DNA from: Gordius albopunctatus
Taxonomy: Eukaryota
Length of the DNA stretch: 64,000 bases
NCBI GenBank assembly: GCA_964276515.1
Contig: OZ193909.1
Coordinates: forward strand, 18,228,001 to 18,292,000
Direction of reading: 5' to 3'
Part shown: positions 26,930-37,933 of the stretch, one piece after another
How the letters are laid out: every line of letters begins with the position of its first letter
Numbering within the stretch: position 1 is the first letter of the stretch
The notes under the pieces: generated by a model
Databases searched by the model: none
Seen by the model: the letters and a program-made list of their open reading frames with translations, nothing else
Told to the model about the DNA's origin: nothing
Translations under genes and position numbers: made by a program

Positions 26930-28581
26930 CAAGGGCGTAGCCAGGATCTGCTAGAGGGGGGGGGTTTAAAATTTTTGAAGCCATATTTTTTTTTGAAGTA
27001 ATTTTATTTTCGACATATATTATTGAAAGTAAAGTAAAAATACAACAAAAATAAATTATAATATAACAAAATATTTAAAAACTATAAACAATTAATATCG
27101 ACGTTTTTTAGATAAAAATGCATTAATAATATCTTCTGTTTTGGGGGTATATTGTCTATGTACATTTAACAAGGTTAATCCAGTAAGCCTAAATTAAAAA
27201 TTAGTAAAACCATTTAATTTACCTTTCTTGTCCCATTGTGTTCCTGAGGTAAGTTTTTAGTCTTTTTAAAGCTGAAAAACATCTCTCATTAGAGCATGTT
27301 GTAACGGGGAGTGTGGCTAAAATATGGTATAATGTTTTTATATTTGGATGTAATTTTAATTTGGACGCATGATTGGTTAATGTTTCCAATGCAGCATTGG
27401 TAGGCAAATTCTCTAATTCACAGTCCTTGAACGACTGATACCACAATTTAATATCCGATTTTAATTGTTCTTGAGAGCCGTCAAGATCTTCTTCATAAAA
27501 ATTTGCCAATTGAAGAAAGTTATTTAATATCTCTGTTGAGAGCATGACAGGGGACTTAATTAGAAGGGAATCAAATCCCAACAGTATTTGCTTGTTTTTT
27601 AGAAACCTTTCATCAAGTTCCACCAAAACCGCATCTAAAAAGGAGTTATGCAACGAAACTCTGTAATAAGTTTCTGGACAAGATGTTTCAATGTTTGAAC
27701 GAAGAGTTTGTCGTGAGGCTCTCCTAGGAATAGTAATTTTGAAATCATATATATCTCCTAGTGACGAGACATCATTGTAGATTGTTTTAAATTCTTCTTG
27801 GGAATTTTCCCGCAAATGTTGAATCTGTATAAACGCATTTTCGGCTGCATTTATGGCATGAGAAAGGTCTATATTAATCTTTTGCAAATAATTGCTAAGA
27901 TTAATAGTCTAAGAGAAAATTTGATTTAGCATGTACAAAGACAGCCAAAAGTTGGATGTCCTTAATGATGAAAGCAAAATCGCCGCATTGGACGATGATT
28001 CTTCATCGTCCCAATCACACATCTCCTCCAAGGTAGCAAATATTGCTTCCTTCGCTTCACAGAATCTTTGAACATGATTGTGCTTTAGTGTACATCTAGT
28101 TTCACACAGTGATATTAATTTTGTGAATTTAGGGTTATCCGACAATGGCAATACTTTAGAAGTGAAAAGATTAAATCTTTTGGGGGTTGATATAAAATCA
28201 GTGATTTTTTTGACAAGACTATTTGTATCTTTCTCCTCAGAAATGCAAATGTTACTCTTTTTAGGGAAGTATGTATAAATGGAATATCGCTTCATAATAA
28301 GGCGCGGAACTTAAATTTACAAATAAGATCAGTTTGGAAGCTTTTAATCAAAAATACAAATTCCGAAATTCAAAATTTATTAACTTGTCGACTTAATTTT
28401 TTAACATATATATATATAAATATAAACGCAGCACTTGACACTAGCTAAATTAATTATAATAATGATTATCAATAATTTTGTGTTGTCAATAATTTTGTGT
28501 TGTATTTGAAAAAATATAATATCCAGGAGGAGGAAGGGGGGTTCAAACCCGAAACCCCCCCCCCCCTTCCCTAGGCGGTTG
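26930..28581 (-). mobile_element. Internally deleted hAT transposon
   Basis: Termini CAAGGGCGTAG / CTAGGCGGTTG, perfect TSD cattggaa; transposase C-terminal half (LCETRC, TLPVTTCSNERCFSALKRLKTYLRNTMGQER, intron, LTGLTLLNVH) at about 27093-28295. Confidence 0.9.
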
Positions 28582-28962
28582 CATTGGAATAAGAATAATA
28601 TATTTTATTAAAAGTAAATATAAAGTAAAAACAGTTTATATAAAACAATTGTAACAATTAAAAATATTTTATAAACAAGTATCAAAAATATAATTGAAGT
28701 GATTTATATTGTGATGAATATAGATCGCGTGACTATCTTTTGAATAATTAAGGGGCTAAGAAATCTATTGATCATATTCTACAGGAAATACATGTACTGG
28801 AATATTAAATGCGAAGAAAAATAATAAAATATCGATGTGGTTCGACCACGTACCTAGAATATATAATTTAAGAAGATTTTTACCCTCATAATTAATGTTC
28901 TTCATAGATATGTTTTCGGGAATTGTCGAGGGTGTTAAAAAATTATTGTAGTAAATATAATA

Positions 28963-28989
28963 TTTCGTCCTCATAGAGGACATCGTCAG
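28963..28989 (-). ncRNA. Hammerhead ribozyme core in Penelope 3' region
   Basis: CUGACGA-U-GUCCUC(UAU)GAGGAC-GAAA; the stem I partner was not found in this copy. Confidence 0.6.
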
Positions 28990-29025
28990 ATAAGTAAAAT
29001 AGATTTAAATAAAATGAAATATAAA

Positions 29026-30324
29026 CTAAATGGAATGTTCTTTTGGTAGTGATAAATTAGTGTGTATCCAAGGGTAGAGGGGTACTCTTCCCATATCTTC
29101 ATTTAAAGTGGGGTTAAGTCTTCTAATAAAGAAGGACTCTAACGTCTTCCTTTCAAAATATGATTTTGTAAAAAGTAGAATTGATTGTTTAAGTTTTGAC
29201 GTATGATTTTTCTTTAAAATGTGGTTAGATACTCCTGTAGGTACGCCGTTGGGGCGAAATAAAGCTGCCAAGTGTTCTTTAAGCCTAACTCTTAAGTCTC
29301 TTTTTGTTTCCCCAATGTAAAACTGGTTGCAATCACTACAAGTAATTTTATAGATAACGTTATTTGTCTGTAAATCAGATTCATAGTTATTTTGTAATAT
29401 TGTTAAGAGTGATTCATTAGGTTTTTGTGTGATGATGATGTTATTAATTTTATTCCTTTTTAAAATTTTTTTAATGCTTTTTAAAAATGTAAATGGTAAC
29501 GATGGGTGATGCGGAAAATGTATAAATGTTTTATCATTAATATTTTTTTGCTTATTTTCAGTTAAAAAACATTTTTTTAGAATATTATTGAAAAGTTGAT
29601 TTGGATATCCAAGAGAACAGAATGTTTCATATAAATAAACCATTTCTTTAATATATGCGGATTGTGAAGACGATAAATGAATTGCTCGATTAATAAGCCA
29701 GCTTAAAGTATTGACTTTAAAAGTGAAAGGAGTAAAACTATTAAAAGGAATATAGTTCAAACGTGATTCCGTAGGTTTGTGATAAACCTGAGTATGAAAA
29801 ATATTTTGATTTCTGGTAATTAAAACGTCCAGAAAAGGCAAACATTGATTCGTTTCAATTTCAAATGTAAATTTTATGTTAATATGAAATGAATTTAATA
29901 GATTTAAAAAGTTATTTAAATCATTATCTAAGTTTTGATTCCAGAGTGCAAATATATCGTCAACATATCTACACCAAAAAGTTGGAAAGGAGGGAAGTTT
30001 TGATAATTCATTTTCTAAATGTGATAAAAATATATTAGCGAGTACAGGGGCAATAGGCATCCCCATAGCACAACCATCAATTTGGTCATAATTTATATGA
30101 TTGAATTTAAAATTATTTTTTTGTGTGCAAAATAATAATAATTCTTTAAAAATATTTTCCGGAAATGGTAAACTATCATTTTCTTTTAATTTATTTACAC
30201 AAATATCAATTGTTTCCACTATGGGAATCTGAGTAAATAAATTTTTTACATCAAAGCTGATCATATGAATGTTCGAAGATGTTTGTGCCTTAAGACGTGT
30301 TATAAAATCAAGTGAGCTCGACAA
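29026..30324 (-). CDS. Penelope-type reverse transcriptase + GIY-YIG endonuclease (N-terminally truncated, uninterrupted 432 codons)
   Basis: SFDVKNLFTQIP, QIDGCAMGMP, RYVDD, LPFLD, VIYKITCSDC..YIGET..R..EH..H...H..E..N. Confidence 0.9.
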   Translation of the reverse strand: MSSSLDFITRLKAQTSSNIHMISFDVKNLFTQIPIVETIDICVNKLKENDSLPFPENIFKELLLFCTQKNNFKFNHINYDQIDGCAMGMPIAPVLANIFLSHLENELSKLPSFPTFWCRYVDDIFALWNQNLDNDLNNFLNLLNSFHINIKFTFEIETNQCLPFLDVLITRNQNIFHTQVYHKPTESRLNYIPFNSFTPFTFKVNTLSWLINRAIHLSSSQSAYIKEMVYLYETFCSLGYPNQLFNNILKKCFLTENKQKNINDKTFIHFPHHPSLPFTFLKSIKKILKRNKINNIIITQKPNESLLTILQNNYESDLQTNNVIYKITCSDCNQFYIGETKRDLRVRLKEHLAALFRPNGVPTGVSNHILKKNHTSKLKQSILLFTKSYFERKTLESFFIRRLNPTLNEDMGRVPLYPWIHTNLSLPKEHSI

Positions 30325-31290
30325 TTCCCGAAAACATATCTATGAAGAAAATAGAATATATAAGTTTTCCACAGTCATATGTTGTGGTAAGGTGAGAGGG
30401 CGTATCAAGGCTGTCACCACTTCGGGTGGATCAGCGGATAGAAAATAAGTATAAATATAATAGCGAATTAAAGGATGATAATCCTCTGTGTCGTATATAG
30501 CCTTGCTTATGCAACGGTAAAAACAGTTACCGTCGCCAATAGTGTTGTAAATTCCAAGATTCGGTTTAAGCTCCTTGCTTGGCGATTCTATAGAAGCTAT
30601 GGGAATATTATGACCCAATCTAGTATATCTAATATAAATATATATATTTATAATATAATACTTATCTTATCTTCTTCTTCTTTATCAGTTATTTGGTCCC
30701 ACATTGGTGGGGTTTGTTTTGATGAGTCTTTTCCATCTTGACCGGGTTAGTGCCATGTCTTGACGAATCTCTTTAGTTTCTATAACTTTATCGACTTGCC
30801 CTTTCCACGTGACACGGGGTCGTCCTCTTCCTCGGTATTTTCATGTCTAGCACTTTTCGATTTACGTCATCCGGGTCCCTTCTTAGTATATGCCCATACC
30901 ACCTTAGCCGATTTTCGTTAATCATGTCCGCCATAGGTTGAATACCCATTTTTGTCATGAGAAAGTCATTCGTCATATGGTCGAGCTTAGTATACCCCAA
31001 GCTCCACCGTATCATTCTCATCTCCGTGGCTTGTAATAGCTTTCCTTCCGTGGTGTTTAATGCCCATGTTTCACTTCCATAGAGTAACACCGGTCTTACG
31101 ATGGATTTGTAAGCTTTGCTCTTCAACCTCATTGGCATTTTCTTGTCGCACATTACACCGGATATACTTCGCCATTTAAGCCATCCTTTTTGAATCCGGG
31201 CATTGATTTAAGTTGCGCAACCTCCCTCTTAAGGTAGCATAGAGCCGAGGTAATTAAACCTGTCTACTTTTGGGTACTTTAGGTGGTCAT

Positions 31291-31776
31291 TAGTGGTGAT
31301 CAAAACCTAGGTTGGGTTTTCCCGAGGTCAAACCCATCCCTGTCTCGTTCTCGTGGCGAATTTAATTACAAGCTAGATGGTGCTAAAACAATAACCCAAT
31401 ATTATTTTTTAATTAATTTACCCCAAGATTATATTATGAAATTATATGAATAATAATAAAAAAATCATTTTCTATTTATTATATATTAAAATATTAAAAA
31501 AAATTCATTTCTTCATTAAAAAATAAATATATTAATATCTAAAAAATAATATACTCTTATTTCACGCCTATACTTCAAAACATTAGCCCCAGGTCAACCT
31601 AACCCCAACCCCGGGTTAAGGTTTGGGTTTATAAAAGACCTTAAGGTTTTTAAGGTCTTTTTGGGGTTCCACCCCAGTTTTGGGTTAGGGAATCTGAAAG
31701 ACCTTAAAGGTCTTTTTCCAACCTTAACCCAAACCTTAGGTTTGGGTTGTACAAACCTAGGTTTTGATCATCACTA
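31291..31776. mobile_element. hAT MITE inserted in the RTE
   Basis: TIR TAGTGGTGATCAAAACCTAG / CTAGGTTTTGATCATCACTA, perfect TSD gtggtcat. Confidence 0.92.
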
Positions 31777-34191
31777 GTGGTCATCCAGCGATGGGGTGCT
31801 TGTACCGTTCATTTCCATGTATACCGTTTATCGATCGTTGACCTTTAAACCATATCCAGCTAAGCGCTTTGACCACTTTTCTGCTTCTTCGAATACCTTC
31901 TCCCTTGTTTCCTCGCATAGTACTATATCATCGGCATATAGCATACACCATAGCGATGGCTTTTGAAAGTCCCTCGTTATCGTGTCTAATTATATTAAAT
32001 AAAAAGGGACTTAAAGCAGAGCCTTGATGTAATACAATATTAACCCGAAAAGGTTTAGAGTCTCCAACTGTCGTCCTAACGCAAGAGTTTGAGGCTTCAT
32101 AGATATTTTTCATAAGCCGTATATATGCGTCAGGGATATTTTGTTTCCTCAGGCACCACCATATTAAATCGCGGGGGACCGTGTCATAAGCTTTCTCCAA
32201 GTCGATAAAAACCATATGTAGGTCTTTCCTCTTTTCACCATACTTATCCATCATTTGTCTTAGGGCGAAGATTGGGTCGATTGTGGATTTGCCGGCCACG
32301 AATCCGAATTGATTAGCCGATATTTCCACCTCGTTTTTCAGCCTTGTTACTAAGATCCTTTCCAAAAGCTTCAAGGAGTGGCAAGTTAGCTTGATACCTC
32401 TGTAATTGCCGCAGTCCTGAGGGTCTCCTTTCCCTTTGAATAAGGGTATAATCGTGCTTGCTCTCCATTGATTAGGGATTCGCTCTTCTACCAATATCTT
32501 GTTAAGAAGGTTCGTCATGGTGGTGACTCCTTCTTCACGACATCCGAGCAATGCTTCCATAGGTATTCCACCTGGGCCATTTGCTTTTCCTTTTTGCATC
32601 TTGTTCATTTGTGTCCTAACTTCATCATTCTGAAAGAGTTCGACCATACTTATATTTGGCTCAATTTCGGAAAAGGAATCCTTGTCATTTGCAATATTCA
32701 TAAGTTTCTTAAAATATCCTTTCCACCTTTCCATCACTTCCTTCGGCTTGAATAAGGTTTGACCCTTCTCGCTTTTGACTATTTTAAGAACTCCGACATC
32801 TCGACTTTTCTTCTCCCTTATCTTGGCCAATTTGTACATAAGCCTATCACCCCCTTTATGATCCAGTTTGTTTGCCATCTCGGTGTACGCAGCATTCTTC
32901 GCTTTTGCAACGGCCTTTTTTGCGGCCCTCTTTGCGTCCCTGTACTCTTGATAATCCTCCGACTGTTTTGATTTATGCCACCGTCTATATAGATTTTTCT
33001 TTATTTCGATGAAATCTTTAACCGATTGATCCCACCACCATAGTTCCTTATTCATAGCTTTGCCTCCTTTGGTCTGTCCTAGAACACGAATCGCTGTTTC
33101 CTTAATGTCCTTAGATAGCGTTTCCCAATCTTCGTCTGCGTTTCTTTGCAACTTCCTTGCACCCAAGAGTAAGGAGGCTTTTTGATGGTATTCTCCGTTC
33201 GTCGACGTATTCTTTAGCCTTTAGTATCGAATTCGAGGTTCATATACCTTTCTTCTTTCGGGAAATACTCTTCTGTCAAGATCCATAACAAGGGGACGAT
33301 GTTGCCTGGCGATTTCTTCTCCCGGTATTACTTTGCAATCTTTGATACTCCATAAGTCCTTTCGCCGTATAAGCAAATAGTCGATTTGACTAAAATGCTT
33401 CCCACTTCTATAGGTCACAATATGATCTTCGCGCTTTTGAAAATAGGTGTTAACGATCGCCATGTCATATGCTTGGGATACTTGGAGAAGTTTTTCCCCT
33501 TCTTTGTTCTTCAGACCATGCCCATAGCCTCCATGATTTCGTTCATACCCGAGGCGATATTTCCCTACGTGAGCGTTGAAATCGGCCCCAATAATTAGCC
33601 TTTCTTCCTGTCGGATTCCTTGTATTTCGTTTTCCAATGATTCGAAGAATATGTCTTTCTCTGATTCCGAACACCCAATTTGGGGAGCATACGCGCACAT
33701 AACGGTTAGTAGGCCCCCTTGATCCGCAATCTTCACCCACATTAGCCTGTCGGAACAACGTTTGACTTACACCACCTTGTCCTTGAACGATTCGCTTAGA
33801 ACGATACCGACCCCGTTTCTATGATTTGGTGACCCACTGTAGAAAAGCTTGTATCCTTCTCCTAATTCCCGAGCTTTCGTTCCGTTCCACCTCGTCTCTT
33901 GTAAGCAGGCGATGTGTACCTTTCTTCTTTTTAACATCTGTGCGACCTCGATGCTCTTCCCCGTCAACGTTCCCACATTCCAGCACGTAATTCGCATTCT
34001 TTCCACAACTAGTTTCCTTAACCGCCTTCGTTGTGAGTTGGGCAGTAACCCTAGTGTATTTTTCACATTGCACGGGCGGGGTATACAGTGCGCGTCGTTT
34101 GTGGAGGACGCCCTAGCTTTTTCTTGTAAAATCTCGTTTGAAACTATCATAAATTTTGGAGTTGATTTTTATAGCCGGTTTCCGACCTGAC

Positions 34192-34243
34192 GCCAACCCT
34201 CCACTTTTTGCACACGGACTTGGGACCGTCGTAGGTAGTGTTA
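34192..34243 (-). ncRNA. Twister ribozyme at the RTE 5' end
   Basis: U-AACACUACCUACGACGGUCCCAAGUCCGUGUGCAAAAAGUGGAGGG matches the P1-type twister core (UAA, CGGUCCCAAG, GUGGAGGG); P2 CACU/AGUG, P4 ACGG/CCGU. Confidence 0.85.
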
Positions 34244-34329
34244 ATTTAATACTTATCCATGGCCCAATATTTCCAAGCCATGTCTGGCAGCTTAAACCGG
34301 GAATTTCTTTAGATTCTGACACAAATACG

Positions 34330-35281
34330 GGCAAAGCTCTCTCCCAGCGCTCACAGTTACCGTCCAGCACTTTATTGAGACTCGTCAATATAGTCCTGTT
34401 CATCCGCTCGACCAAAACATTGGCCTGGGGATGATAGGCTGTGGTTATCCTCTGATGTACACCTGCCATAGAGTACATTTCCCGGGTAAGAGAATTCACA
34501 AATTCCCTACCCTGGTCATTGATTACATCCTTTTAAAAATGGTTTATTATTACATCATATTTGCATTATAATATACCTCGGGAAACCCATATTCAAAAAA
34601 AATTTTCATCAGGTGATCACCCACCTCTTGCATCGTATGGCTTTTTAATGCTCGAGCTACTACATGCTTTGTAAAGTAGTCAATGACTACTAGAAAGCAG
34701 CAAAAACCTGCCGAACTGGGTGGCATGTTGCATAAATCCATCCCAACAAGTCGCCATGGTGATGAAGGGATGGATACAGGATGCAAGAGAGGGGTAGCCT
34801 TATCAATTTTTACAGAGTGCTTTTGGCACATACTACAACCATTGATATAGGCTGTCACATCCTCAGATAAATGTGCCCACCCATAGCTATTTATAATAAA
34901 TTATTTAATTTGCTAACAATTAAACTAATACTTTTCACTGATCTTGGCCCTTGTGCGATTGATGCCAAGATGTGACCCTAAGCTTTGTCCTACGATGGTT
35001 CCCTCAGTACCATTGTGATAAAAACTAAGTAATTGTTTTTTTTCTTCGGGTTCTGTAACAACCCTAAGCCAATTATCTATCAAAATAAAATGTGCTTCAT
35101 GTTTAATACCTCTTTTTTGGCCACAAAATGTAGTTGCCCTCCTAACATACAACAAATTTTCTTTTAATTTGTATTTTTTTGTCTTTTCAAGGAAATAGAA
35201 TTTTTGTCTATTGGTAAGGTTTTCAGGAATAGTTCCAGAAAGCATATAATTCCTAATCTCAGTAAAACCATATTCTTCCAT
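34330..35281 (-). pseudogene. Ginger1 integrase/transposase, exons 1-3
   Basis: Exons 35281-34932, 34886-34577 and 34529-~34330 (45- and 47-nt GT-AG introns); H..HLG..CSMC zinc finger, VGMDL, NDQGREF, YHPQANVLVERMN; the C-terminal part appears deleted. Confidence 0.85.
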
Positions 35282-35414
35282 TCTATTAAATAAATGCTAA
35301 AGTAATCAAAGTACAAATTAAGTATTAGTTTATATTCAAAATGCTTATTAATATAATCAGCTATTGAAAAAGTTTTATTAAATGAATGACTTTATAATAG
35401 TTGAAACTTGAAGT

Positions 35415-35712
35415 AAACTTCTTTTTTTCCAATAAGTTCCTAATATTATTAATAAGTTGCTAATATTACAAGCTAGTGAAAAAGTTTGTAAATACCTTTT
35501 TTCATGTATAACTTTATATTAATTGATGTAGAAAACTTCTTCTTTTCTAATAAGTTCCTAATATTATTAATAAGTTGCTAATATTACAAGCTAGTGAAAA
35601 AGTTTGTAAATACCTTATTTGATGTAATAATTGTTGAAATTGTAGTAGACTTTGTATTTTGTAATAAGTAAGTCCCTAAGATTATAAATATAAATTAATG
35701 AAAAAGTTTGTA
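35415..35712. repeat. Tandem repeat (about 118-bp unit, 2 good copies + 1 degenerate) in the Ginger1 5' region
   Basis: aataagttcctaatattattaataagttgctaatattacaagctagtgaaaaagtttgtaaatacctt occurs twice, with a third diverged copy. Confidence 0.8.
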
Positions 35713-36029
35713 AATTACGTGCTCTCAAACGCCTTTCATTACGTGAAATCAAATGTATGTTTTTCAGAAATTTGAAACAATTATGTTACTCAAAAAATCA
35801 CGTGATTGACAAAAAAAGTTCTTTTTTCGCGTTTTCAACGAATGAGGAGGTGTGATTGACGTTTACGCGATCTCAAATGCTACGTGCTCTCATACCTTAC
35901 AACGGTCTAGAAAATACTATAAGTGATGATACACTTTTACTAAAGAACTGTATATTCAAATTTTCAAAGAACACGATAGATACGCAGTACGTCATGAGGT
36001 TGCGTTTGATTGACATTTTATTAAACGTC

Positions 36030-37587
36030 AAAACGTATAAAACAAACTAACTCAAAAACTACTGGTGGACCGATTTGGCTCGAACAAATCTTAAAACATG
36101 CTCCGGAGTGTCAGAAATAGAGTGAAATTTTGAGCTAAATCGGTCTAGTAGTTTTCCAAAATTGGTGGCGGCATACACGCATACACACACACATACGTAC
36201 ATTAGAGATGTGCACGGATCGATCCGATCCGACATCTGATACGATCCATCCAAACTCGGATCGGATCGAATCAACATTTAATTTTGGAAGTTGGATCGGA
36301 TCAACATTTTATTTTAGTCAGATCGGATCGGATCTTCAAATCTAAAATAAACAATAATAAGTTCTAATTAAATTAATAATTTTTAGTATACTTTTTCATA
36401 ATTATCTTTGCATTCTTTTTTTACTTTACTATTTTTGATGCCCAATACCACCTCTCACCTTACTTACCCTAATATATTTATCAGTATTTCCTTAGCGTTT
36501 TTCCCTAGCTAGACTTTCTTGTTTGGCGAGAAAGGAGCTAGTGTCAATGATAAATCAGCATCTCCCGTTTCCTTTTTAGCACACGCATCTCTTTCTATCT
36601 CAACTCAACTCCGAAAATCCTCAATCACAATCTCCCCTTTCCTTAAAGCACACGCGTGGCTCCTTTCCCTCTTGATTCCGGTCCGGGTAATCATGAATGA
36701 TGTAGCTTGCCTTCTTAGAAGCAATATCCATGGTGCAGTGGTATTGTCGTTGTCGAGATGGTGTGAGTCATGCTGACTTGAGGAGAAAAAATAATGGGGG
36801 GGAAGGGGGGCGTTGAAAATAATTATTGGAATTCGTAACCGTTAGCAAATACAACAATATTGTTTATCATATTAAAAACCGTCATGGAAGAAATAATAAA
36901 AAAATTTAAAAGAAATATGCTTTAACAAGTTAAAAAAGAAGACGGAAAAAGTCAAATTTGGAGTTACCTTGACCTGAAAATGATACATACACCGGTTATG
37001 TTATCTGCAAGAAATGCCATCATATCTACACATATAATTCCATTCGAGGTAGTTCCCATCTTTTGCATCATAAATGTATTCCAAAAACTTCAGCTAAAAA
37101 TACAATTGACAAATTTGTTACCAAACCTCTCGCTGAGGTGGGTTTCATATCAAACAGTTCTGTCAAGGCTTTTAAGCTGGCAAATAGAGTTTTAGCTATA
37201 CCTGCTACCTCTACCACTTCGGAAAGAAATTTCTCGGTGGTTGGAAGAACATTAGAAGAAAGAAGAACGCGAATTAAACCAGAAAATTTCGTTTCTTTAT
37301 TATTTTTATATGATAATATGGAATTATTCAAATAAAATTTTATATTTATTTCAGGTCTATTAAAATTGCTATACCTTATTTTTATGTATTTTGAATCTAA
37401 TCATTAAAAAAAGTTCTGTTCGTAAAATTTAAATTTAAAAATTTCGGATCGGATTTCGATTTTAAAAAACTCGGATCGGATGGATATAAAATTTTTCAAA
37501 AACCCCTCGGATCGGATCGGATCAAAAAAAATTTGATCCGTGCACACCTCTAAGATACATACATAGTTTTATTTTTATATATAAGAT
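36030..37587 (-). mobile_element. Possible non-autonomous Helitron-like end interrupted by a hAT
   Basis: aaatttTGAGCTAAATCGGTCTAGTAGTTTT, CATA/CA microsatellite and terminal tatatataagat resemble insect non-autonomous Helitrons; the other end is not established. Confidence 0.4.
36203..37552 (+). mobile_element. Internally deleted hAT transposon
   Basis: TIR TAGAGATGTGCACGGATC / GATCCGTGCACACCTCTA, 6/8 TSD acgtacat/agatacat, GGATC subterminal repeats; dimerization domain VLAIPATSTTSERNFS (37063-37335). Confidence 0.85.
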
Positions 37588-37933
37588 TATTATTGTATAT
37601 CTGAATACGCGAAAGAAGAATAGTTTAATTTAATATAACTTTTATATTATTTTCTACAAATTATATTTTTGCTATGATTATATATTTTAATATTGAAAGC
37701 CAAAGCCGAGTTTGTAAAAAGCATATGATTTCATCATATTAAATTCTTTTGTTCGTTAGATGTCCCCCCCCCGTCCCTATTAGTTAATAAAGATTCATTT
37801 TAATTATCCTTCTTCTTGTTCTATTTAGTTATTGACCATGTTATACTTCTGATTAGATTATCATTATCATCATATCATCATACAAACATATACTTCTTAT
37901 AAACTTTAAAGATATATATATATTAATAACGAG

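Larger units (their letters stand above)
28867..30351 (-). mobile_element. Penelope-like element, 5'-truncated
   Basis: 12-bp TSD tagaatatataa (28855-28866 / 30352-30363); RT + GIY-YIG ORF; 33-bp inverted duplication 28898-28930 / 30317-30349. Confidence 0.92.
28690..30628 (-). pseudogene. OTU-like cysteine protease domain of the Ginger1 element, split by the Penelope insertion
   Basis: GDGNCFYRCIS (30550 region) rejoins across the TSD as ENLYIL/GTWSNHIDI...IYIHHNINHFN (28866-28690); two TAG stops in the distal half. Confidence 0.8.
30667..34246 (-). mobile_element. Full-length RTE-clade non-LTR retrotransposon (disrupted ORF)
   Basis: 11-bp TSD taatacttatc; APE endonuclease (WNVGT, LQET, GADFNAH, IDY) and RT (NYRGIKL, IDLEKAYD, QGSALSP, YADD) in several frames; GAA-rich tail. 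Confidence 0.95.
26438..35901 (-). mobile_element. Ginger1 DNA transposon (Gypsy-like integrase + OTU domain) carrying nested insertions
   Basis: TGTA...TACA termini with about 50-bp imperfect TIRs (TTTGA.ATCGCGTAA..GTCAATCA), 4-bp TSD ACGG on both sides, intron-containing integrase without RT, downstream OTU domain. Confidence 0.85.

Noticed and set aside
29026..30618. OTU ORF in frame with Penelope RT across a single TAG (apparent read-through OTU-RT-GIY-YIG fusion)
   Set aside because: The 12-bp TSD shows the OTU is the interrupted target and continues at 28866; the frame match is incidental
34113..35281. Integrase read as part of an LTR retrotransposon or of the adjacent RTE
   Set aside because: It has introns, TIRs with a 4-bp TSD and no RT/RNase H; the RTE boundary is fixed by its own TSD
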